This document shows positions 27,384 to 35,826 of a DNA stretch of 64,000 nt, piece by piece. A model generated the notes under the pieces. The model saw nothing but the letters and a program-made list of their open reading frames with translations, searched no databases and had not been told where the DNA came from. Origin of the DNA: Candidatus Nomurabacteria bacterium. GTDB taxonomy: Bacteria > Patescibacteriota > Dojkabacteria > SC72 > JAHDCA01. The stretch lies in contig JACKFR010000001.1 of NCBI GenBank assembly GCA_020632375.1, forward strand, positions 21,106-85,105, in the 5' to 3' direction. The translations under genes were made by a program, and so were the position numbers. Each line of letters opens with the position of its first letter. Position 1 is the first letter of the stretch.

Positions 27384-29588
27384 TTAAGTTGTCTGCTGAA
27401 TCCAACTGAAAGTAGTTTCGCCTCCACTTGCATGCCTATATATTGGGCGTTTACTCAATAGAGCTAAATCATAAGGCACATGTACGCTGATCGGGTGATA
27501 CACAGCATTAGTAAGCAAATCGGGAGGATAACTTTCTTCACCTCCAGGTCGTTGATAATCGATGGGCCTTTCTGCTATGGCAGGTGACACTTGTATATTA
27601 CAATCGCTAACAGTAATTCCTAATGCTCCTAATCTTGATGAGACGAGGTCTGATGGTGTAATGCTGGGCACTAAATTAGCATAGATAGAATGCGGAACGT
27701 TTACGGTATTGATTGCTTCTGCCGTGTCTGGGTGTGTACGTTGAGCTTGCTGTAAAAAGTATTTTGTTCCATCCGGAGCTTCCATTATAATGTCTGCTTG
27801 CACAACATTAATATTCATAGTTAGTTCACCATTCGCACCTTTTGACATACGAGCTTCGCCTATAAGTATATTTTCAGCTAAACGCTGTTTTGCAGCTTTA
27901 TCCCATTTAATAATAGCTGGATTTTCCTCTTCGCAAGCACGAATAATCTGGGCAATAGATGGTGTAGCAAACTGCAATTGTCTGTTCTTAGGGGTTATCT
28001 CGTAAGAAATAAGCAACCCCTCGGCGTGCATCATAGATCTATAAGGATGGATAGCAGCATCTAATCTGGCGCTTTCAAGTGGATCAGTAGTGCCCTTTGC
28101 AACATCTGCGCCACGAATAACGATTATTTTTTCTCTTTCTTTCACTCTTTTCGCTAGATATTGTCCAATTTGTGATTCTAAGTCTGGCGAGGTGTTCTTA
28201 AACAGCTTATCTATAATCAATACTGTTGCGTCGTTTTCAAAGGCAGCGATTAATGCTATTTTTTTGCGAACATCAGCGGAAATAACCTGAACGCTCTGTG
28301 AATCGGGATTGAATTTTATCTCAGATAACTCTGTGGTAGTGATGATACCAGACTCCAAAAGTTTGGTTTTTATTTCGTCAAATGAATTATTAGAGAAAAA
28401 ACTGTATTCCTGACGCTGATCGCAACGAATATACGCCAGTCGACTACGGTCATGATCCATATGCACATTTACATCTTTACCATTTGCTCTAATGAAAGTC
28501 GTACCACCAGTATTTCTCCGTTGTTCGGCCAAGGTTTGCAAAACTACTTCACCAATACTACCCGTTATTTCATAGACTTGTCCTGGTCTCAAACATAAAT
28601 TAATACCTCCAACTTCTGTCGGATTAGTGAGTAATTTGTCTCCTGGAGCTTGTGCGCGAACACCTAAAAACAATACTGCGGCTTCTTTACGACTTGCGAT
28701 CGTGGGAGTAGATAATTGCCTAATTCCCTCAAGCAATTCAAGAACCTCAGGGTCAGTATGTTCAATTTTACCTAGGTCTATTCCCACATTGGATTCTACT
28801 CTAGTTGGATATTGACTTGCTTTACGCAATACTACCAAACGCTTTTGTAATTGCTTGCGTAGAACTCTCAATTCCTCTGTATTGCGAGAGGTACCTAAGA
28901 CACGATCAAGCACAGGATATTTCACTTGTTGAATAGGCCCAGCACTTGAATCAGTTTCAGTAGCATTAGGAACAGGCGGATTACGCTGCCTTACAACAAC
29001 ACGCTCTTTCGGATTAAAATCTACTATTTGGGGTTTAACGCCAAGACCCAAAACATCTTGAATCTGCTGTAACTCTAGGCGTTGTGACCCCGCCCGCATG
29101 AGCGCTGCTGTTTTTCTGTCGCAATACTGATTGTATCTTGCTGTTGACGGTAATTCAGGTGCGGACGTTTCTACCCATCTTAAAAACTCTTCCAATGTTG
29201 CCAAATCGTTACGTCTGCTAAGTCTTTCTTTCATAGCCAACGGGTCTTTTAATTGATGCGCAGAATAAAAGCCTACTAAATTAATAGCTAACTCCAGTTG
29301 TGGCGCATTTCTAAACGCTGTAGCAGCAATGTTGGGTGCCAATTCAGCGACCCCTTGCGTGAGTTTAGTTAGCAAGTTTACCCTGGTTTTGGCTAGCTCG
29401 GTTTCTGCTTGTTTTTTTTGCGGCTGAAGATTAAGATTGCCTCTAATCTCTTGCAGCTTGCGTTCAACATTGCGCTCAGCTAATGAAGATAAAAGATTTA
29501 CTGCTGAGTTATGCCAGCATAAGCAGCTGCTTCGGCATACCGTTGATTTACAAAAAGCGCACCAGCGTGTGGCAATAAAGGAAACCAT
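27384..29588 (-). CDS. Orphan protein B (734 aa) with a degenerate ABC-ATPase-like central domain
   Basis: Residues of about 305-500 follow the ABC NBD template (GINLCLRPGQVYEITG..., RLAYIRCDQ, ISADVRKKIALIAAF, ATVLIIDKLF), but the catalytic residues are replaced. The start is uncertain because of a 91-nt overlap with orphan A. Confidence 0.6.
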   Translation of the reverse strand: MVSFIATRWCAFCKSTVCRSSCLCWHNSAVNLLSSLAERNVERKLQEIRGNLNLQPQKKQAETELAKTRVNLLTKLTQGVAELAPNIAATAFRNAPQLELAINLVGFYSAHQLKDPLAMKERLSRRNDLATLEEFLRWVETSAPELPSTARYNQYCDRKTAALMRAGSQRLELQQIQDVLGLGVKPQIVDFNPKERVVVRQRNPPVPNATETDSSAGPIQQVKYPVLDRVLGTSRNTEELRVLRKQLQKRLVVLRKASQYPTRVESNVGIDLGKIEHTDPEVLELLEGIRQLSTPTIASRKEAAVLFLGVRAQAPGDKLLTNPTEVGGINLCLRPGQVYEITGSIGEVVLQTLAEQRRNTGGTTFIRANGKDVNVHMDHDRSRLAYIRCDQRQEYSFFSNNSFDEIKTKLLESGIITTTELSEIKFNPDSQSVQVISADVRKKIALIAAFENDATVLIIDKLFKNTSPDLESQIGQYLAKRVKEREKIIVIRGADVAKGTTDPLESARLDAAIHPYRSMMHAEGLLISYEITPKNRQLQFATPSIAQIIRACEEENPAIIKWDKAAKQRLAENILIGEARMSKGANGELTMNINVVQADIIMEAPDGTKYFLQQAQRTHPDTAEAINTVNVPHSIYANLVPSITPSDLVSSRLGALGITVSDCNIQVSPAIAERPIDYQRPGGEESYPPDLLTNAVYHPISVHVPYDLALLSKRPIYRHASGGETTFSWIQQTT

Positions 29589-30985
29589 CTTTCCGCAAAT
29601 CTAGAATTAAGCGCAGACACATCTGAAAAATCAACTGAGAATCGGTGTGCAAAGGCATTAAATACAGCTATAGAATTGATTTCTGGTGCATCAGAAAACC
29701 CCGGCGCTTTGGCAACATTATAAGATTCTCCCATGCTAATTAGAGCCATACTTAAGAGGTTTTCAAAAGATTTATCCGCATAAGAGGTGTGTGCGTTGCC
29801 GTCCTTACCATTAGCGTGGACTCCCAAGTGTTCTTCAGAGGCATATTTTGCACCAATTTTTGTGCCAAATATACCGGCCAAGGCTATAAAATTCCACGCA
29901 TCACTATTGTGCATAACTGTTTGTAATGCACCACCCTCGAGCACAGGTACAAGTAATTGCTGTAACCCAATTATCAGGCCCCGTTCTCTAAGATAAGCCC
30001 TTTTCAACTGAAGAGCCAACTCTCTATCAGGAATTAAAGATACGATTTTTTTAATATGGGCAAGTGTCAAACGTTCGTCAGATTTTTCAAGACTTTCAAC
30101 TCTTCGAATTAAATTTTCAAGATGGTGCTCTACTTCTTCTTCACTTTCTCTGCCGTCAATTTTGATATTTAACGGTGCTTCCGGAATTACCAACTCGCAA
30201 TCAGGGTGTATAACGGCTGGAATTTGCTCACCTGCAACTGTAATTAGTGTTAAGGTTTCTGCATCAATCTGATCTGTATTCTGTTCGGGAGTTACCCAAG
30301 ATGCAGAAGAAGTTTCAGAAGTAGGTATGGGCGGTTCTGTAGGCTTGCTTGATGTTCTTTTCGGAATGCTACCTAAAGTACTTCTTAGCTTTTTAATTCC
30401 AGATTCTGGTAACACATTCCCAACGGAACTATCATAAAGAACAGTGAAATCACCACTGTCCAGTAGTCTTTGCACTGCAGTAGGATCCTCAAATTCAACT
30501 CTATAAACGAAAGCAGGAAGACATTTTGTGGTATAGGTAGTATCACCCAAGCCGTTTGGGGTGTGATCGGCTTCACTTAAATAAATCTCTGCTGCGTCAG
30601 TCATTATACTTACAGCATCACCTAGCAAGTCATACTTTTTTTGAAACTCTGTTACAACTTCACCAGCTTGAATATAAGGATTGGCTGAATCTTCGCCAAG
30701 TTCTTTCAAACTAAAGATTGGTACTACAATTGGAAGTGCAGACGATTTATCAGCTTCATTTGCAATCCCAGTCTCTTCTCGAGGAGTAGTTACTGTAGCT
30801 GAGCGTTGTACACGGCATAAATATCCCCCGTCCGGTGTTCGGATACTTAGAATTGTTGCTATTTTTCGGGGTGTTTCATGAGTCCCTTCCATTTCATTGG
30901 CTCGACTTATCTCTACAGCGAGAGCTTCTGTGCTATCGTGCCAAGAAGCTTCAGGAGGTGTACCTTGAACAAGGTTTTCGGGCAT
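29498..30985 (-). CDS. Orphan protein A (495 aa), no recognisable family
   Basis: A long ORF with a central P/S/T-rich linker (KRTSSKPTEPPIPTSETSS) and a helical C-terminal half. It is preceded by a TTTGCTATAGT promoter-like element. Confidence 0.6.
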   Translation of the reverse strand: MPENLVQGTPPEASWHDSTEALAVEISRANEMEGTHETPRKIATILSIRTPDGGYLCRVQRSATVTTPREETGIANEADKSSALPIVVPIFSLKELGEDSANPYIQAGEVVTEFQKKYDLLGDAVSIMTDAAEIYLSEADHTPNGLGDTTYTTKCLPAFVYRVEFEDPTAVQRLLDSGDFTVLYDSSVGNVLPESGIKKLRSTLGSIPKRTSSKPTEPPIPTSETSSASWVTPEQNTDQIDAETLTLITVAGEQIPAVIHPDCELVIPEAPLNIKIDGRESEEEVEHHLENLIRRVESLEKSDERLTLAHIKKIVSLIPDRELALQLKRAYLRERGLIIGLQQLLVPVLEGGALQTVMHNSDAWNFIALAGIFGTKIGAKYASEEHLGVHANGKDGNAHTSYADKSFENLLSMALISMGESYNVAKAPGFSDAPEINSIAVFNAFAHRFSVDFSDVSALNSRFAERWFPLLPHAGALFVNQRYAEAAAYAGITQQ

Positions 30986-31009
30986 AAATAGTCAGTATAG
31001 AAAATTATC

Positions 31010-31021
31010 ACTATAGCAAAT
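31010..31021 (-). promoter_or_regulatory. Extended -10 promoter (ATTTGCTATAGT) for orphans A and B
   Basis: The reverse complement reads ATTTGcTATAGT, 24 nt upstream of the ATG at 30985. It shares the TTTGCTATA core with the element at 26327..26338. Confidence 0.35.
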
Positions 31022-31322
31022 AATACACTATGTTACTCTCAAGGGACATAATTTAAAAGGTAAATAGCTGTTAGTGATCAAGAGAGTCTATTTGTAGTTT
31101 TAAGCGCTCTCCTACCCGATGTGTCTGAAGTATCGACTTAGTGCTTTATGATAGCCTTCTGTGGTAATTTCAACTTAATTTCATCGTAAGTTAACTTGCA
31201 AGAATTATTATTATGAATATGTACAATTAAAAGTGGAGCCTTTTATCCTTCATTAAGCCCCTGTAGACGTAGAATGAACTCTACAAAGTGATTGTGCTAG
31301 TTTTTTCTGCTAAAATACCCCT

Positions 31323-32201
31323 ATGGCAAAAGATAAATACAAAGCGGTATGGGTATCTCACTCCTCAATCAGCGATTTTCTTCAGTGTCCTAAAGCTTAC
31401 TATCTCAAGAATGTCTATAAAGACCCGAATACCGGCAATAAGATAAAGATTATTACACCAGCTCTTAGTCTCGGACTTGTAGTTCATAATGTTATTGAGT
31501 CACTCTCCCAGCTTCCTGTAGACAAAAGATTTCAAACACCATTGTTACAGAAGTTTAACCGTGAGTGGCAGAAAGTCTCTGGTAAACGGGGTGGGTTTAC
31601 AGATTCTGACCAGGAAAAGGAATACAAAGACCGTGGTGAAAGAATGATCCAGAAGGTAGTTAAGAACCCCGGTCCGGTAGGCGGGTTGGCAGTTAAAATT
31701 CAGATGGATCTTCCTCATTTCTGGTTGTCTGAAGAAGACGAGATCATCCTTTGCGGGAAGGTAGATTGGCTTGAGTATCTTCCTGATACAGACAGCGTCA
31801 ATATTATTGATTTCAAGACTAGTCGGAATAAAGAAGAAGAAAGCTCGCTTCAACTTCCGATATATTTACTGCTTGTGGAGAATTGCCAGAAGCGAGCTGT
31901 CGAAAAAGCGAGTTATTGGTATCTAGAAACAGAGGACGAGCCTTCAGAAGTAAAGCTTCCAGAATCAGAAGAGGCAAAAAGCGAAGTCCTGCGGATCGCT
32001 CAAAAGATTAAACTCGCAAGACAGCTGGAAATGTATGACTGTCCTGAAGGAGAAAAGGGCTGTCGTGTTTGCCAAGATCTTCAGAGAGTTCTAAATGGAG
32101 AAGGCGAACTTGTTGGGCAAGATGAATATGGGGCTGACGTGTATGTTTTACCATCAAATAGGCAGCAAGAAGAAGAAAATCGAGAAGGTGTTGTACTTTG
32201 A
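31323..32201 (+). CDS. PD-(D/E)XK nuclease, Cas4/RecB-like with Fe-S cysteines
   Basis: An N-terminal Cys (FLQCPKAYYLK), a GKVDW...IIDFKTS (D...D/ExK) core, QLPIYLLL (the QxxxY motif), and a C-terminal CPEGEKGCRVC cluster. Confidence 0.7.
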   Translation: MAKDKYKAVWVSHSSISDFLQCPKAYYLKNVYKDPNTGNKIKIITPALSLGLVVHNVIESLSQLPVDKRFQTPLLQKFNREWQKVSGKRGGFTDSDQEKEYKDRGERMIQKVVKNPGPVGGLAVKIQMDLPHFWLSEEDEIILCGKVDWLEYLPDTDSVNIIDFKTSRNKEEESSLQLPIYLLLVENCQKRAVEKASYWYLETEDEPSEVKLPESEEAKSEVLRIAQKIKLARQLEMYDCPEGEKGCRVCQDLQRVLNGEGELVGQDEYGADVYVLPSNRQQEEENREGVVL

Positions 32202-32219
32202 TTTATTAATGTTGATTTA

Positions 32220-32855
32220 ATGATCCATAAAGACACAAATTTAGAGGTATATCTTACAAGGCACGCTGAGTCAGTAGCGAACCAGTCTCCCCATATAGTG
32301 GCTGGAAGAAGTTCAGAATCGCCTTTGAGTGAAAAAGGCCAGCAACAAGCTCGTCGCTTAGGTAAGGTGCTAAAGCAAGATGCGCCATTTGACGCTGTCT
32401 TCACATCCCCTCTTTTGAGAAGTAGCGAAACATGCAAGATAGCTTGTGAAGAAGCTGGAGTTATTATAGAGGCTGAAGTAGCTAAAGAAATAGAAGAATT
32501 CACTCAAGGAGATTGGGAGGGTGCCGAACGGAAAGACCTTTACAGTGGAGACCGTCTTACATATATTGAGGCGAAAGGTTACTTGTTAACCCCGCCTAAC
32601 GGCGAATCTCAGCGAATGGTTGAGAGAAGGGTTTCAAACTGGTTTGAAGATAAAATCCTATATAACGAAAGTTATATAGGCTCTCCAAAGAAGGTGCTTG
32701 TCTTTACTCACGGTTTAGTAATCAAGTGTTTTCTTCATTATGTAATGCACTTTGATGATAGGTTTATTCATCGAGTCAGGCTTGACAATGCCTCTGTCAC
32801 TAAGCTCCGATTCACATCTCGAGGTTGGTTTATAGACTATATAAATAGGTCTTAA
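32220..32855 (+). CDS. Histidine phosphatase (phosphoglycerate mutase family)
   Basis: An N-terminal RHG-type motif (VYLTRHAESVANQ), later SPLLRSSETC, and VFTHGLVIK (the second catalytic His). Confidence 0.75.
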   Translation: MIHKDTNLEVYLTRHAESVANQSPHIVAGRSSESPLSEKGQQQARRLGKVLKQDAPFDAVFTSPLLRSSETCKIACEEAGVIIEAEVAKEIEEFTQGDWEGAERKDLYSGDRLTYIEAKGYLLTPPNGESQRMVERRVSNWFEDKILYNESYIGSPKKVLVFTHGLVIKCFLHYVMHFDDRFIHRVRLDNASVTKLRFTSRGWFIDYINRS

Positions 32856-32926
32856 TGATATGCCCATGTATTGACCTAATAATTATCTGGATGTTATAGT
32901 CCGTCACTAACCTGATTAACGGGAGT

Positions 32927-33871
32927 ATGACCACAGAGCCAACAGGAATTATTGCTATTAATGAAGGTTCGGAAGTTGTGCACCACAATAGCACCTGGAC
33001 TAAAATAGTCGGCAGGCCAGAATATCTTATACATATGGCTCTTCTAAATGCTCTCGGTTCGGAGGGACCGATCGTCGTCCCGGAGATATCAGATACAAAA
33101 GAAACTGGAAACCCGGAGCATACTATGCAAATTGAAATGGCTCATCTGCCGGGTATCCCTTATCCAAGAGACACATGGAACCACTTCGGAGCGTATTTGG
33201 ATAAAAAAACATGTAGATTTGTTGTTGTGGCTTTGAGGGAATTTAATGGAGTGCGAGTCTCTTTAGACTTAGGGCTACATCTTTTAGACGAAACCCCAAG
33301 TCTTACGATTCGCCTTTTGCATGGCTATCCGGATCATCTTAATAAAGTTGTATCTCAATCCAATGTGATTGAAATAATGAGTGCGATCGAAGATACAATA
33401 AGCTCACTTAGACCGTGCTTAGTGCATGGAGATATGATCCCAAATAACTTCTCTGTTGTTGACGGGAGGCTAAATTTGATTGATTTTAGTACACTTGGAA
33501 TGGCTCGCCCTGGATTTGATGAAGGGCGTTTATGGGCGCATTCGCTTTTTGCTCCTCAAGGAGTCCAGCAAGTGATTCTCGATACATTTTCTGAACAGTA
33601 CGGCAATAATCCTGGTTATTTGCTCTATTTCTGGAAAACAGCCTTTTTAAGAACCGCAAGAGCAATTGTTATGCTCAAAAAAGGCCGTTATGATAAGGAT
33701 CTCAATCTAGCTGTCAACTCTTTTGCTGAGAATCCCCACACAATAATGATCATGAGTAACCTGCAAGGGCGAGGACTAACTCTGAGAGGATACCTCGAAG
33801 AAAGACTCAGAACACAGATGGATTATGCATTTAAGATGCTTAAAACCACATTCTTGAAGCAGGAGTTATAG
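32927..33871 (+). CDS. Aminoglycoside/choline-kinase-like phosphotransferase (APH fold)
   Basis: A catalytic loop (LVHGDMIPNNF, the HxDxxxxN pattern) followed by LIDFS (a DFG-equivalent Mg site). Confidence 0.65.
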   Translation: MTTEPTGIIAINEGSEVVHHNSTWTKIVGRPEYLIHMALLNALGSEGPIVVPEISDTKETGNPEHTMQIEMAHLPGIPYPRDTWNHFGAYLDKKTCRFVVVALREFNGVRVSLDLGLHLLDETPSLTIRLLHGYPDHLNKVVSQSNVIEIMSAIEDTISSLRPCLVHGDMIPNNFSVVDGRLNLIDFSTLGMARPGFDEGRLWAHSLFAPQGVQQVILDTFSEQYGNNPGYLLYFWKTAFLRTARAIVMLKKGRYDKDLNLAVNSFAENPHTIMIMSNLQGRGLTLRGYLEERLRTQMDYAFKMLKTTFLKQEL

Positions 33872-34267
33872 CTACTTTTCACTGGATGGTAATTTAAAAG
33901 TTTTGGGACGAACCTCACAATTTGTGTTTTTGAAATCTTTAATCAGTTCTTCCAAATAATCTCGTGTCTCATTTAAAACTCTAATCTTTTCATTTACACT
34001 CTCTAGATGCCTCTGAAGATCAGGAATAATAGATTGATGCTTGCACTTCGCTCTTTCTAGCCTGGAAATAAGCTCTTTTATTTCACTGAGGCTAAATCCT
34101 ATTTGTTGAATACTCTTTATAAATTTAATCTGCTTGATATCTGCGCTGGTGTATATTTTGTAACCGTTTTGTGGATTAATTCCGGGCTGTATAAGTCCAA
34201 GCCTGTTGTAATGACGAAGTGTATCTCTCGTAATCGCAGACTTCTTTATTAATTGTCCCGATGTCAT
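33872..34267 (-). CDS. MerR-family metal-responsive transcriptional regulator (CueR-like)
   Basis: An N-terminal MerR HTH (IKKSAITRDTLRHYNRLGLIQP), a coiled-coil dimerisation helix and C-terminal Cys residues. It is transcribed divergently from the copper genes. Confidence 0.8.
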   Translation of the reverse strand: MTSGQLIKKSAITRDTLRHYNRLGLIQPGINPQNGYKIYTSADIKQIKFIKSIQQIGFSLSEIKELISRLERAKCKHQSIIPDLQRHLESVNEKIRVLNETRDYLEELIKDFKNTNCEVRPKTFKLPSSEK

Positions 34268-34297
34268 AGCTTTTAAGAGTAAGTTTATAAAATGTAT

Positions 34298-34329
34298 TTG
34301 ACTTGGGGGTTAGCCCCTAGGTGTAAATT
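34298..34329 (+). promoter_or_regulatory. MerR-type promoter/operator with an over-long spacer
   Basis: TTGACT - 20 nt spacer (TGGGGGTTAGCCCCTAGGTG, containing the dyad GGGG-N4-CCCC) - TAAATT. It sits in the 77-nt gap between merR and the HMA gene. Confidence 0.55.
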
Positions 34330-34344
34330 ATTATAGTTAAGATA

Positions 34345-35799
34345 TTGAAATATGTCCAAATGTCTAAGAAACATGTAAACAAAAAACATAAAAGTACACC
34401 TAAAACATGCGAGCTATTTGTTGAAGGAATGCACTGTCCGTCATGTGAACTCCTAATCGAAAAGAGACTTCTCGAAATGAAGACCGTAGAGTATGCAGAC
34501 GCTTCTCTAAATAAATCCTGCGTTACTTTGCGATACACAGATGGTGTGAAGCCGAGTCTGTCAAAAATCAACAAAATTTTTGAAGATGTCGGTTATAGGT
34601 TTGCGGATAAAAAGTTCAAACACGAAGAAGATTCTCCAGCAATAAGGATTAAGAATGGGGCACTTGAAGTTAACCCAGACAAGTTAAAAAAAACTATATC
34701 AATTTTCCTAGTCTCAATATCTTTTTTAGTTCTATTTGCAGTAGTAGAGAAGTTACAACTGGGCCGATATGTCTCTGTTGATTCTTCATCATCGCTTTTT
34801 GCTTTTGCAGCATTAGGGCTTGTCGCAGGAACTTCGAGCTGTGCTGCACTTGTTGGTGGAATTCTTCTCTCTATGGTTAAAGGATGGAATGAGCAGTATA
34901 TCGGGGAATCAGATATTCACAAAGCGAAGCCTCATTTCATGTTCCATCTGGGGCGGATCTTTTCGTATACTCTTTTGGGTGGGGTCTTGGGACTTTTAGG
35001 TGATGCTGTCTCGCTGAATAATGTCACCATATATGCGATTCTTACCATTTCTGTCTCATTGATAATGCTTATCCTTGCTATGCAAATGCTTGGAGTCAGC
35101 TGGGCTCAGAAATTTAGAATCTCTCTTCCGAAATCTTTTTCAAGACTTGCTGATAAAAACAACTCAGCACATAGGCTACCTTTTGTCATAGGTGCTTCTA
35201 CATTTTTTCTACCTTGTGGCTTCACGTTGATCGCACAGGGAGTTGCTTTGACAACTGGAAGCTTCTGGCAAGGGGCTTTAGTGATGTTGGTATTTGCTTT
35301 GGGAACCCTTCCGACACTGCTGTTTATTAGTTTTACCGGGGTTCGATTTAATCGTAAACCCCACTTAACTGCAAAGTTCAATCAGATAGCTGGATTAATA
35401 ATCATTTTTTTTGCGCTGTATAACATAAACGCACAGCTTAATCTTTTAGGCATAAAAAGCCTTAGCGATCTTAATCTAGGCGGTGAAAGAACATCAGTCA
35501 CAAAAGAAACTGTAGTGCTAGATTCAGATGGGCAACAAAGGATACAGATTACTGCAGAAGGCTTCTCTTATATCCCGACTAGTGGAACTGTTCTTAAAGC
35601 TGGTGTCCCAGCAGTTATCGAAGTCGATAATAAAGGTATTCAAGGTTGTGGCTCTTTTATGGCCGCAAGAGGATTATTTGATGGCTGGTTTGAGTTAAAG
35701 CCTGGTATTAATGAGATAAGCTTCACACCAAGAGCGGGAACATACAAGCTCACATGTACCATGGGTATGGTCCGACCTGTCACAATTATTGTTGAATAA
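34345..35799 (+). CDS. HMA-domain membrane protein (DsbD_2/TauE-like permease core with a C-terminal beta-rich domain)
   Basis: An N-terminal HMA motif (GMHCPSCELLIE), about 6 TM helices rich in Gly/Cys (FFLPCGF), and a C-terminal soluble domain of about 100 aa. The start is either TTG 34345 or ATG 34360. Confidence 0.6.
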   Translation: MKYVQMSKKHVNKKHKSTPKTCELFVEGMHCPSCELLIEKRLLEMKTVEYADASLNKSCVTLRYTDGVKPSLSKINKIFEDVGYRFADKKFKHEEDSPAIRIKNGALEVNPDKLKKTISIFLVSISFLVLFAVVEKLQLGRYVSVDSSSSLFAFAALGLVAGTSSCAALVGGILLSMVKGWNEQYIGESDIHKAKPHFMFHLGRIFSYTLLGGVLGLLGDAVSLNNVTIYAILTISVSLIMLILAMQMLGVSWAQKFRISLPKSFSRLADKNNSAHRLPFVIGASTFFLPCGFTLIAQGVALTTGSFWQGALVMLVFALGTLPTLLFISFTGVRFNRKPHLTAKFNQIAGLIIIFFALYNINAQLNLLGIKSLSDLNLGGERTSVTKETVVLDSDGQQRIQITAEGFSYIPTSGTVLKAGVPAVIEVDNKGIQGCGSFMAARGLFDGWFELKPGINEISFTPRAGTYKLTCTMGMVRPVTIIVE

Positions 35800-35826
35800 G
35801 AATCTAAACTAATAAAAAGTGGTTTG

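Noticed and set aside
27175-27405. A 76-aa minus-strand ORF lies between orphan B and ORF D.
   Set aside because: It overlaps the ends of both convergent genes and is built around the perfect 14-bp inverted repeat at 27241..27276. The Cys-rich, low-complexity translation (SPRHDCCCDIHFPP) looks non-coding.
25327-31322. I looked for a classic tRNA-targeting integrative element: an integrase plus a direct repeat of the tRNA-Lys 3' end at the far boundary.
   Set aside because: I found no tyrosine or serine recombinase motif in any island ORF. No copy of the tRNA 3' segment (TTCGATTCCCTGCACGCTCA) was visible by eye in 30986-31322. The island call therefore rests on composition and orphan content only.
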